Shown in pieces: positions 49,416 through 62,400 of a stretch of 64,000 nucleotides of DNA (position 1 is the stretch's first letter; each line of letters opens with the position of its first letter). A program made the translations under genes and the position numbers. This DNA is from Oopsacas minuta (Eukaryota > Animalia > Porifera): assembly GCA_024704765.1 (NCBI GenBank), contig JAKMXF010000321.1, positions 992,001-1,056,000 of the forward strand, read 5' to 3'. A model generated the notes under the pieces. That model worked only from the letters and a program-made list of their open reading frames with translations. It did no database searches and had not been told where the DNA came from.

Positions 49416-50915
49416 GTAAGTAATCAAATTTCATATTTGGATTCAGGTTCTTATTTCTAAATTTAGACCAAAGAAGCGGACCTAACATTTAAGCATTTTG
49501 AATTCGATAAGATTTGTCTTGTATTGAAAACTCTTTCGATAATAACACCTTTATGGAGCCGGGGCATAGTCAGGGGGAATTGTGAGACCCGCAGCTCTCT
49601 CTTTCACTATTTGTGCACTATGTGGGGTCAAATTAGACCCCACATATTTGGTGTCATTTTGACCCCACTCCGTCAATATGACAGAAGTCAATGGAATTCT
49701 GGTCAAATTGGGGTCTGTTCTTACCCCGCTCAGTCAACTTTGGATAATTGTTTATCTCAATCGACGCTGTGTTAATTAAACTCTTAGGATTGTACGATAA
49801 ATATTTTTATTTGCCTAGTTAGCCAACGACAAAATATAATCATTATTCTCACTGTTGGACTAATCCTTGTCAAACTCCCGGAAATTTCGGTTTTTTATTT
49901 GGGAGTAGTACAGTAACGGTACCGGGATCGAGTAAATTCACCTTGCAGTACTGGTACCTGTGTCATAATGCCGCGTGTCCCCCAGGACCTGTGTCCCTAA
50001 GGTAAAACGTCCTTGTAGCACTAGGATGAGGAGTCCTCATTTAGGATATGTTGAAAACGCGAACTTTCCCACACTCGAATGTCCATGGAGGGGTCACACA
50101 ATTGCTTGTATTTTATATTTGCTCTATGGGACTGTAACAAATCCAATGGGCGGGCCTTAAGCTCCCTGTCCCTGGCAGAGCCCGTTTGAGAAATTCCAGG
50201 CCCTGGTGCTACAATAGGTCCCAGGCCCCTATCTGTTCTTGCGAATGAAAAATTTTAGGGACACAATTACATTTCTAAACGTTTCAAATAAGAAATCTAT
50301 GATATATTGAATATTTACATATTATTGAATATGCCATGATTTACTTTGCTACCTTACCCAGTAGAGTCTACGATATCACGAGGCCCTCGTAATATCGTTT
50401 CATTTATCCCGTCTCTAATACAATAGCAAGTACCGTCGGGATGTCATCCCGAGCCTTTAATCCTGAATTATTCTATTTTATTCCGATATTCTACGGATTA
50501 CAGATTTGCCTCAAGGTCAAATAATCGCGAAAGTCGGTTGAGAAGCACTTCTTCACATGTAAGTGTCTCTCTAAGAATCTGGGTATGCTTGATGGCACTT
50601 TTTTGTACGGAATTTATTGATCCTGTACGTGTTTGAAAGATCGGCACTTTGTGTCCTTCATTGCTGGCTGAAATAGTACAAGTTACCCGCCACGCACCTA
50701 AATACACCTTGTCCCGATATATCCCTATTAAGCGGAGTCTTTTGTATTAATAAGAGTCCCCAAAGGGGAACATCTCGCCCTAGGGCCAGATGTTCAGGGG
50801 ACTCCTTAGGTATGAAAATATACAGATTAGAAATTTTTCAAATCAACTAGATGTCACTACAAGTACACATGCCAAATTTGGTGTCTTAGGTGTGAACTGC
50901 AGGGCGAAACATATC

Positions 50916-51101
50916 CAGTGGAGTCTCCAAAAAACGGTACTCCGAGAAGCGGACAACCCCCTACAACGGACAAACCTCGTGGCACGGATTGAATTTGCCA
51001 AGCATGTAATTACTACTTGAGCAGTCTCCGAGGAGCGGACAATTCTCTACAACGGATAAATACCATATCCCCAACGTGTCCGTTATTCGGAGACTCCACT
51101 G
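50916..51101. mobile_element. Pogo/Tigger-like MITE
   Basis: CAGTGGAGTCTCCAAAAAACGG versus reverse-complemented end CAGTGGAGTCTCCGAATAACGG, with TA on the right. Confidence 0.7.
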
Positions 51102-51719
51102 TAGATATATATAGCCACTATGCTATGTAATAGAAGTAGTCGGCACAGTAAAAAGCGCAATTCAGACTATTCCATTTACTGGAATAGTAATTTCTCGATC
51201 CGATGTATTATATATGGACCATTGAAATTTCATAATCGTATCCTGAGTCTTAGGATACCTGAAAGAAATGTTTAACCGAATACTGCTGGGGAGACGTGCC
51301 ATTTTATGACTTCCTTTTCGTTACGAACGTAATACTTCGGCCATAATCTGGAATGCCCTATAACACCAACGATAGAATCGTTTTGTATTAGTTTTCTATG
51401 AAAAGACCAAGGATTCTCTAGTAAGTAGAAACCCAAAATTGTGAGACATACGACGAGATCGTGAGAGTTGAGAGCACTGTATTTCTACACCAAAACAGAA
51501 ATACATTTAGTTCCTATTTGGGCAATGTTTCAATTTCTTTCCAGTAAGATTATATATATATATTTATATATATATATTCAGGATGATATGGCAGAATAAA
51601 GTACTGTACGAATTGCTATTACCAGCAGTAACATATTGTTGAACTTCAATAGACCTAATAGCTCCTTTCTATGTAGATTTATGTAAGTAATTATGTCATA
51701 GGCTCAAGCCCAGATCAGC

Positions 51720-53819
51720 ATGGCTCTGTCACAATGTGATACAACTATAATAGACTTAACTTTAGGAGGTCAGCTGGGAGATGAACTATGTTCATTCAGA
51801 CATGAAGATTGGCTCTTGTCTAAAATCCCATTACAATCGGATTCATCTAGTGATGACGGTATCCTAGATGAGACAGTTATTCCTATTACAGCTGCTGGTA
51901 AGAAGAGGAAATCTATGCAAGATATTAGCTCACCTGAGGGAAGGAGGAAGAGTCCTAGAATTGAAGCAAAGAGAAACCAAAAACCAATTACTGAGAAATC
52001 AACCAGGAATAAACGCGATGAGCAATCTAAAAATAAACAAATCTTTAATGATACCAAAACTGAGCCTGAACTAGATAGCACTGTTATATCGGGTAGTTTA
52101 GGATCAAAGCTACCTGTAATATCACCAATCAGGTTTGTTCCTGAATCAACAATCACTTCTTCTGTCATAAAGCCTAACATTTCTATTACTAAAATGGTTT
52201 CTAAACAGAAAAAAATGAGGATTGTACAACCGACTAATCCAGTTAAATGCTCTTCTACTCAATCTATTGCATCAATTTTAAATAAACGAATACCCACCCC
52301 TCCTAAACCTTCAGTCACAACTGCTCGATCTAATCAACAGGAAATCTCGACTAAACCATCAGATACACAAATCCACACGAGATCTGTCCCTCAAACTGAG
52401 GATTCGAACCAGCAAAAAGTGTTAGAAAACACGGGTATATTCTGGGATATTGAGAATATAGCTATTCCTCCTAACATCAGTGTATCTTCTCTAGTGAGAA
52501 AAATAAGAAATACCTTTGTTGGCATAGATAAGAGAGAAGTAGAGTTCATGTGTGTATGTGATGTCCATAAAGAGAACAGGTATGTATTTATATTTACCGA
52601 GCATTTTAATTTAAATAGTTCTGTGCTATGCGGCGATACTAGCTATTTCATTTGTATTGCTATTGTAGAACATACCTTTCCTGTCCATTGTCTCCTAAAA
52701 TACTATGTAACTATCAAAAGCATCATTTATTAGACTAGATGTTAACCTAAAGTTAACTACTATGACATACAGCCTCACCTTAGCGGATTCTAGCTTCAGT
52801 TATTCTTAATGTTTATGTATTGCCTTCTTTGTAGACAAATGATAGATGAGCTGAATTCGTGTAACGTTACGATAGTACATGTGGCCTGCTTCTCTAAAAA
52901 CGCAGCTGATGAGAGGCTGAAGCACTATCTTTACAGATTCGCTCAAACCTATCCTCCTCCCAGCACAGTTGTAGTGCTTAGTGGAGATGTAAACTTTGCT
53001 CATGTGATATCTAACTTAAGTCATTTCTACACACTCCAAACTGTTCTTATACATAACCTTCAGTGCTCTACTGTCCTCAAGGATTCTGCTCATAAGAGTA
53101 TTCTATTCGACGAGTTCATACAAGGAATTGGTTGGTAATTTTAGTACATGCTGTATATAGTGATAATTCCTCTCTTACCAATTCTATCACTATATCCATC
53201 TACTGTAATATTCATAAATAATAGGTAATAATGTTTATTTTATACAGAGCTTGATGCGGAGTTTGCCAAAATTTAGTAACTAACCAGCTTAGATTCAGAA
53301 ATTCAATAAGTATTACGTAATTATTATCAATCGATTTGGAACATTTATCATCCGTTAAAATTATAATCATATACATAAATGTTGGATCTTGGATGACAAC
53401 CTGCAGTGCGGTTCTCTTTACCCAATTCCACTAGTAATTATCATTTGAAGCTATTTTGATTAATATTTGAAATCTGATTTATCATTTAATAAATGTGTGT
53501 ATGTTTCCTAATACATGTAAGATACTATTTTATTTTCTCAGGTCCTCCACGTAGAGTGACACACAATCAACCCAGCTTCCTCCTGATTGACAATCTCCCC
53601 AGGATAGCTTATGGAGAATTGTATAATCGTTTAGACAGATTGTGTGATAACACGGGTGGGAAGATAGTTAATCTCGACCAAATGATGGGAGTTATCAGAT
53701 TTTCTACTCTCGAGCTATGCATCAGAGCTCAAAAGAGATTGAATAACCATTATCTTAGACAGGGGATGTGTCCTATTAGAGCTAGATTCTCTCCTGACAC
53801 CATCCAAACATTTAGATGA
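51720..53819 (+). CDS. MARF1: MARF1/Limkain-b1-like NYN ribonuclease with one RRM, 477 aa from this ATG
   Basis: Exons 51720-52579, 52835-53130, 53542-53819 (1434 nt, phases 2 and 1). NYN domain GIFWDIEN..REVEFMCVCD..KNAADERL..VLSGDVNFA; RRM1 LLIDNLP..NRLDRLCDNTGGKI..RAQKRL. Both match the recalled MARF1 NYN and RRM1. Confidence 0.88.
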
Positions 53820-56462
53820 ATTCAAATTAGGTTATAACACGTCTGTTACAACCTCACTGTTATAGGTAAACTGATAGGCTATTTCTATTTATCACAATAG
53901 ATTTTAGCTTGTTGGTGTTCTCACTTATTGGTACTGGAGTACAGAACGAGTTCTTAATTTCCTTTTATGTTTGTCGCAAATATATCACAATTTGTACAGT
54001 TGTATTAAATATAACAGCCACTCATTTCAGGTCCCTACTCCCAAGTGGAGATTTGTGTTAATTCCGTTCCCCTATTAGCAACTAAAACTCGTGCAAAATA
54101 CGAGTTGCTAATAAAGGAACTACAATGCAAGCCTAACTATCTGCATTCATACACTAGCTTTCTGTGACAATATGTATACATTACATTAGCACCTTTGGCT
54201 TACAAAACATGGTCCGTAATTCAGTATGTAATACATTGAATCATTCAGCTCAGGAAAGGCGGAAATTTTAGTCATGCAAGCTTCAGGTCCGGCCATCTTC
54301 CGTATCAGCTCAGCTCCGCCTGCGTTGCTAACTTTGTCCAAAGCCCAAATTTTGAAAGATAAGAATTAGTGTTACCTCGTTTGGTTTCCTCCAGTTCAAG
54401 TGAGTCGCTAGGTTTATTTGGTTCTTGCTAGTTGGTGCTGGCTCTTGAGGTTTACCTACACTTGTGTAGGGTTTTTTCCTTAACTTAGAGGTCTTTCAGT
54501 GGGTGCCTTGGGTGGTGGTGGACTTGAGGGCCGCTGGTTCGCTAAGCACCAACCACTTCTGCCCAGGTGGGCTTGTTCCACTGCTCATGTGTGTCCTTCT
54601 GAAAAGTCTTCAGTGGCAGCCTCCTAGTGAAGGTTAAAATTTCACACCTCGAATGTAAATTTAACAGCTTTCAGTTGGGGGCTCATATGTGTATCCGTGG
54701 CTGTCATTTCGCCTGGGTCATCTGTAGATCCCTTCGGGAGCATTTGGGTATTATATGTTGAGTGTTGCTCCTTGGTTCGGTACTGGTCCTTGCATTCCTC
54801 CGGGAACTCCGTTATCTAACCGTCGTAGCCTTCTAGCGGCATTGGAATTTGTATATTTTAATTTGGAAGGTATTGTTAATCTTAATGTATGGCTATTCCC
54901 CATTCCCAGCTTATATAGGTTCGTTTCTATGTAGAAGTACGAAAGCCCACACAAATTGCCCGCACATATAGAGACCCCACTTATAGAGGTTGTATTGCAT
55001 ATAGAAGGACACACAGCCATAAAACAGTATACTGTACTTCCAAAGAAAGACATCTGGTTACCCTGGTGCATAGTCCGTGAGCTTTTTCTTCCATTCAAGC
55101 TTGTCAAAAGGTGGCCAGGTCATGTCATGTTTTGACCTTTTGACAAGCCTTACCTGACCTGACTCAAAATGACCTTCATTTTCAAGTCATATACAGCTAA
55201 TTTGAGGCTAATTTCTGGCCAATTATGGAATTTATTCAAACAGCTATACTAGACCGAATTTGAATATCATATCTTTATTTAATGGTATTCGTTTCTAAGT
55301 TCAATAATTCATAAAGAATGAATAATTCATCATCTAATATTAATTTTGGACAAGAAATATATTTTTAAGAGGTTTGACCAGCATTTGTAGCAAAAACTTG
55401 TATTATGCATGTAAAATTAGTTTCTCATCAGGAATTTCTTCGGAAAACTGGCACGGTGTACCCCCCTGAAAAGAACAAAATACATAACCCTGAGCTGCAC
55501 TAACAGTCTGTCGGCTGGACATTTTAAAATTAAATTCATTCTAGTAAATTATGCTAATTAGACTCTCAGTGTTATGTTAGGGTTACTTTTCTTATAAACT
55601 ATTATCCTTTCTTGTATATATTTTGCACTATACCGAAAAACGGAGTGCTGACCAGCATATTGAGAGTAATTGGTAGGTGGTCCTTGCAGTATACGGATTT
55701 ACATGAAGAATAATCGAGTTTTAATTATATAGTTTGTTAATTGAATCGTTCATTATTTTTTCAATTAATTGTCAACTTAGGTCCGTTTTAACATACGTAT
55801 ACGATTTGAAATTATACACTGATACACACTATTGATAATAGCTACATATTTGTGAATAATTCTAACTTCATTTATGTAGTATATGAAGATATTTGACATG
55901 ACTGTATACTGGACGATTTCACGCATATTTCCTCTGCTATGATTTGATTTCAATATATTTCCATATTGAGCTCACAAGGACAATTCAAGGTGTAGAACAA
56001 ATCAATTTTCTATTATCTGTACTAATATCCAAGATATCTTTACATCAACTATTTGAACTCATTTATCTTATGTCATGTCATAATATTTTATTATAAATTC
56101 TCAAATAATTCCGTGTCGTCTGCATTTAATATGCACGGGAAGGTTCTAACATTTCCGGTATAGACACGAATAAATATATACTTATTGAGAAGGATATGAC
56201 TTATGCTACTGAACCTAATCTCACTTACTATTACCCAATTCAATATTTGATGATACAATATCTTATTAGCTCACACCTTACTGACAATTATCATTTCAGA
56301 AACCCCCAATACCTAATACATAACGTGTCTCTATTTATACTAATTATATGTGTATCTGCCTATCAGTTAGTAACCATATAAATCCTATAACTATGATTTC
56401 TCAATCGAATCTCCACAAATAGCAATTAATTAGGTATCTTATGCAATTGCCTCATACTCTTG

Positions 56463-59400
56463 ATGTTCTCTCAATCAGAAACTCACTCTAACAACGCAGC
56501 AGCTCGTACTCAGCTCAGATCAGAGCAATGTACTCGATTAGGAGGTAGATACCTACGCACAGACACTACACCTCTTGTAACGGGTAGTGTAACCTCCAAT
56601 TACTGTTGGGTATACTCCAGGAAGAAGTTAGAGATATTCTCTAAGGAAGATGGCTGTCTTCTAGCTCTATACACTCCATCTCACTCATCTGAATTTATCA
56701 GGTACTCACTACTGGTGAATAGCTTGATGCTACCTAGTTACCATATTGTATTATAGGCATGTAACAGAGTATATAATAACATCACAGCCTGAACTCCCAC
56801 ACAAATACCTATTCCTTATTTCTACTTCTCGATCTACACAGGGTCCTCACCTACTACTGGTGTTCAATCCTGATGTATCTAGAGTCATAAAAGCTATACA
56901 ACTAGCATTCCCTGTATTCTCTATATGTCCTCTATACTCTAACTCAAATCATATCAGAGAAGAGAGAGGAGTAGAGAGGAGCTGGCCTCTCTCAGAGGTA
57001 TCATGTGGTCTTGTAGCTGTAGGAGGAGGGAGCGGAGTAGTTCTGCTGGTAGATATGAGATTAGATGATGAGGATGAAATCTTTGAAGAGAATACTCCTA
57101 GTGCGGTATGCGTGTAACTTATTATTATTATTCCTATCCACCATAGATGTTGTAGATTATCTACAAGGAATAAATCAATGTGATGCATCAAAGTGATCAT
57201 CTAAATATAACTCATCAAAATAATTTTAAGCAGAACCTTTCATGATATCTTCTAACGTATTTACTAATTAGTAATTGAATGTTTATATTTTTTAGACTAC
57301 AACATACCGTAGCGATGAGATAACAGATACAGATATACTCCGACAAGCTAGAGAGGAGTGTATAGCCGATCAATCTCATCCCTCCTATATACTACCAGGA
57401 CTGACACTCCCTATTGGTAACGCGTTTATATTCAGATGCAGAGAGGAGGAAGATAACACTACATACCGATCTAGTCACGTAATAGTATCATACTTAGCAC
57501 ACATATCCTCTCTCAATGCTCTGGCTATTGGATACAACTTTGGTGCCTTCCAGCTCTATGACGTAATCAGCTTACAGCTGATGTTTTCCAGTGATATAGA
57601 CAATCTGCCATCTCCTGTGCTAGAAGTATTGTATCAGGAGCCTGAAGATGATCCTAGAGACTTCGTATATCTCTGGTTGGTTAGAGGGCATGCTTCTCAT
57701 CTGGAAGAGGACACCCTCCCTCACTCTATCCTCTCCCTCTATCAGCTGTTGTTCCAGTCCTCTCATGGTGTTAGTAGTCAAATAGGAGACATGAGAGTGT
57801 TGGAAAAGAAATACTCTCAATTCCTGGACGGGGGCCTCAAGTTCCGACACTTCATATCCTCCTCTCCTTATACTAAGCAGATCGCCCTCAGTAAGGATAC
57901 GGTATTAATATCCTCTGGCATATTCCCTCAGTACAGGAGAGTACAAGAGCATGTGTGGAGTCCAGAATCTATCACTACACAATCTATTCATCATCCTACT
58001 CACACAACAGATCTAACTCTAGCTTACTTTATCTACCATACACAGCGTAGCAGGAGAGAGCATCAGTCCGGGTACCACCTGGCTCTGTTTGATCTTAATC
58101 TTTGGTACAACAGTCAGATGCAGACTTCTATCTCTCCTACCTCTGGATACTACCACGTGTATGATATAGACTCTATCCTCCCTCTCCTATCCTCTACTTG
58201 TGATCCCCTCCCTCAAGATCAGTTCTCTATTCTAGATTTACACCTGACGTCACTACAGAGGTTTGACATGACTGTCCCTATCCCAGAAGCCTTCCTACTG
58301 CCCTCATCTCTCTCCCTCAGTTTTGATACTCTCCTCCCCAGCTGTCTCTTGTCATGCTCTCTACTGGGAGACCAGGAGAGGGTGTTATCTCACACAGCTG
58401 CTACTCTATCAGCTGGTTACATAGACAATATAGAGTCTGTGTGCATGGAGCTAACAAGGTCTGGTATCATATCTCCCATCAGCTATACTCCTACTTCTCT
58501 TACAACAGAGTGTTGGGAAGATAATGTCATAATGCTACTCAATGCTTCTCTTAACCACGGTAGACTAGAGGCAGTTCATAACTGTGTGTTAAATTCCCAG
58601 AGCATGAGTGGAGATATTCCTCTCAGCTTGATATCCAGATGGACTCTATCCAAATTTGAAGAGATTAGAGATACTCTCCTAACTCAATCTAACATGTTAA
58701 TAACAGACTGTTGTAACCAAGTACTCATTTCCTCTATCAAATCTCTCATCACTAAATTCCGTTACCTCTCTATCCTCCTATCTCGTATACCGACAGCACA
58801 TCTGACCTCTGACCTATCGTTATCTGGTATGTATCCTCAGCAGAAACCTCGTCTCTATGAGAAGTCAATAGAGATACTCACTCTATACCACGAGGCTCTG
58901 ATCTGGATGACGTCACTACCTTCTCAGCTCCTATCCTCTTATCAGCACAGCGCTATGCTGTCTCATTACCAAAAGCTGAGAGAGTTCCATCGATCTCCTC
59001 TCATTATAGACCAGATGCTGACACAACTAAATCCTGCTTTATTTGACAAGTGGACAAACTCTACAGATTCTCAGCAGCAGCATGAAGTTATGTATCCTCC
59101 TTCCAATCCCCTGGCTGCTTTAGAACCCCTGCTAGATCCCTCTCTCCCTGAGGTATCTCAAGCAGTGCTACTGTACTTCCTCATAGACTTAGGGATGCTA
59201 TATGAAGAGCAGACCTCTCAACCTCTAACCAACAGTTTCATCAACAACTGTCCTCAGGTAAGCTAACTCCTATTACTAGCCTGTATTATCATTACCTAGT
59301 ACAGTAGCTATAAACCTTTTATAATATGTGAGCAGCTTTCTTACTTTCGTACTACTCATGACGTGTTTTTCATTTACGTACAATCTTATTGATATGAAAA

Positions 59401-62400
59401 GTTTCACAAACTCATAATTTTATGAGTTGCTTTGTAATTGCATTGAAGTATTGTGATTTATTGTCTAATAATAATTAATAATTTATAATTTATCGGTCGC
59501 TCTAATACTGTATTTTGTTGACCCTCTCAAATTCTGTGGACCCGTTCCATAGACCAATATACTTACGTGTGCCATTTGGCGTCCATAGACCCCATGCTGG
59601 CAAGCACTGCCCTGGAACCCCAAGTTTGTTGAAAACTCACGTCTCTAGTACAATGAATATCTAGCACAAATTGCTATACACACCGAATAGTATTTTATTT
59701 ATCACAATATAATCGATAATTATATTAATTTAACTCAAAAATTTATTGTGGCGTTACATATACATATTTTACGAGATTAAAACCGTAGTCAAGGAGATGA
59801 CTGTTTGAAGGGCTTAAGCTCTCCTAGTTACTAATAACTTTTCTTTCCATCAATCTAAACTTTTATGATCAATAAGTAATAAATAAACGTTGTTGTTATA
59901 AGACCCACTTGTATACGACGCCTTTACGGTCCTGTACTATGTTAAGGCATTATTTGTACTAATTCCCTATTATTGTAAGATCTTATATTAGATTAATTAT
60001 TCTATATTTTAGGTTCCCAAGCGTCTACCCAGCCTCTCCTATTCTTTCTGGCTAATAGACAATGTTCACTACAAGAACGGAGTAACAGAATTACTCAGTG
60101 TACCAAACTCTATGCTACAGCTATTCCCATTCGCTATTACTAGTGTGTTAGAGTTTCTACTTAAATCAGATCAATGTCATCTCGTATCACTTATCCTGTC
60201 AGTACACAAACCTATTCTAGACACACTCACTCTATTCCAGCTATACTTACAAGCTCTAGCTAAATCAGGGAATATATTGGATGCTCTCAAACAACTCTAC
60301 AACTTCTTTCCTATAGGCTCTACCCACGAGTGTTTGAATAAATTGTTAGAATCTTTTGATTTGCCAGCTCTAAAGAGACTAGTACACACCCCTCTAGATT
60401 CTATGGTCCTCTCTCAGGTGGTAGAATTCTTACAGAACGAAGATACATTCATACACTCAGAGATCCTAATAATGCTGCTACTTAAACAGAATAGGATAGT
60501 TCGTGGTGTACAGACCTACCATCAGATTAAATCTGCTATGCTTACTCAAGCACGGACAGAGAAAGAGAAAACTAGACTATCTCTATTGGATCAGCTAGTA
60601 CAGGCATTCTCTAAGGTATGTGCTTGTGACTTAGAGTTTGCTGCAGGAGCTCCATTAGCGTACCGTGCTCCAAAGAGAGAGATCTCAATACCCACCCCTC
60701 TCTCTGTCAAGATACGTAAACACAATCTAGACACAGCAGCCAGTCATAAAGAGCTACTCTCTTCTCTTAACGATAAAGTAGCCGAGTTACAACAAGCTAA
60801 ATTCTTATTTGAAGAGGTTAACACATCTCCTACACAACTAACCTCTGCTACACGACACAGATACAAACGTCTCTCTGAGCTAACCTATCCCTCCCCCACT
60901 AACATTACTGATACTACAAATCAGGCTAGCAGCTATACTCACAGAGCTACTCCTCTTAAATTAGCTATGGAGAGATATCTTAACAAGAGTTCTCCTGTCA
61001 GATCTCTTCTCCCTCCTCCCGAGCTCATCAGACTCACACACGCACCCTCCTCTCCCCCTTCCTTCATCACTCTATCTAACTTGAGAGCTGCTACCCCTTC
61101 TTCCATTCTTAAGCATGTCAAGAGGATAGGCACGACAGATCTGACTCCTGTCAATCTAAACTTTTCGTTACCAGAAAATGATATTTCTCACCAGAGGAGA
61201 GCTAGATTCGATATTCCTTCTTCCTCAGCTGATAATGAGCCAATTGATGTATCCTACCACTCCCCTCTCATCTCCTTCCCTACTGCTTCTCTCTTGCCTC
61301 CATCAGCAGAGTCAGCCCCTGAGGAGTCTGCTTCCCCTCCCTTCACACAGCCCTACTACTCCCCCCTACAACACCCGGATCAACTAGACTCTAGTGATCA
61401 ACTGGACTCTAATACTCCTCTATTCCATACAGGAGATGTTGTTAATCCTCCTCCTGCAGATGATTCTCAGATAGATAAGTCCTCTATAGCAACGGAACAT
61501 TCAGATAGGAATGTTACAATAGATTTAGGAACAGTTGACACAGAGGAGTCTCGTATTCCAGATGAGAATACAGAGAGTAGAACTGAAGAGGAACCAGCTG
61601 TTACAGTAGAGCATAGATTAGATTCTGATCAGGGGCAGGAGGATAGATCTGGTAAAGAAACTTCACCTAACATACTAAATATCCCTGAATTGACTAAGAT
61701 GCTACCTGAGATTGAAGGGTTGGAGAAGAGTAACAGTGATTTGAAGAAACATTTCACTCCTAGAACTGATGTTTATCCTCTTAGTAAGTATACTCCTTTC
61801 TCTGTAGATGACGAGAAGAACAAGATATTTGCTTCTATACAGTTAGGTTAGTTGTATTTGTGAATTACTATTCAAAATCGTATCGTATCGATATATTTAG
61901 AATATATGTAACCCATGGTGTAATTGGCGTGTGTTAACAATAGAACAGGGCTAAACAGATAGTCGAATAGTCCACTAGCCCTATAGCATAATTGAATTTT
62001 GAAACATATTTTTCAAGAAGTAAGCAAGTAGCCAGTGGTGTCCTGCTGTGGGAGTGGATGAGAGCGCCGCTCCCATACTTTTTTTAACAAATCAATTGGC
62101 AAGTAACAATTACTTCACAAGTTACTGAATTTGTGTCCTGATATCTACAGTAGCATACAATCAATATTTGAAATCAATTGAAATTTGTTCCAAATATAAT
62201 TAAGTCGAATTGAGAGAGCAAATGTTTACTTTATAGCAACGTGAATATATCTTAGAAGTTATTCCATGCAACTCATCTGAATGCGAATGGGGGCTCAATT
62301 AAATGAATATCATATTGGATGAGAAACGAACCCGGCTTACAATAGAACACGTTTCTTCTTTGCTGTTTATCTAGCTTAATGGTCCACCACTGACTATTTG

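Noticed and set aside
30730-51580. (TA)n runs near 30735, 33285 and 51550; (CAGA)n near 36905; (TTATCAAA)-type repeat near 35545
   Set aside because: Ordinary short microsatellites.
54380-54640. GC-richer minus-strand stretch with KPTWAEVV, reminiscent of LINE ORF1
   Set aside because: Too short and stop-ridden to assign; no RT or endonuclease nearby.
61847-61851. In-frame stop just inside ELYS intron 4 suggesting a truncated isoform
   Set aside because: Stops immediately after GTTAG/GTAA donors are expected by chance; there is no independent evidence.
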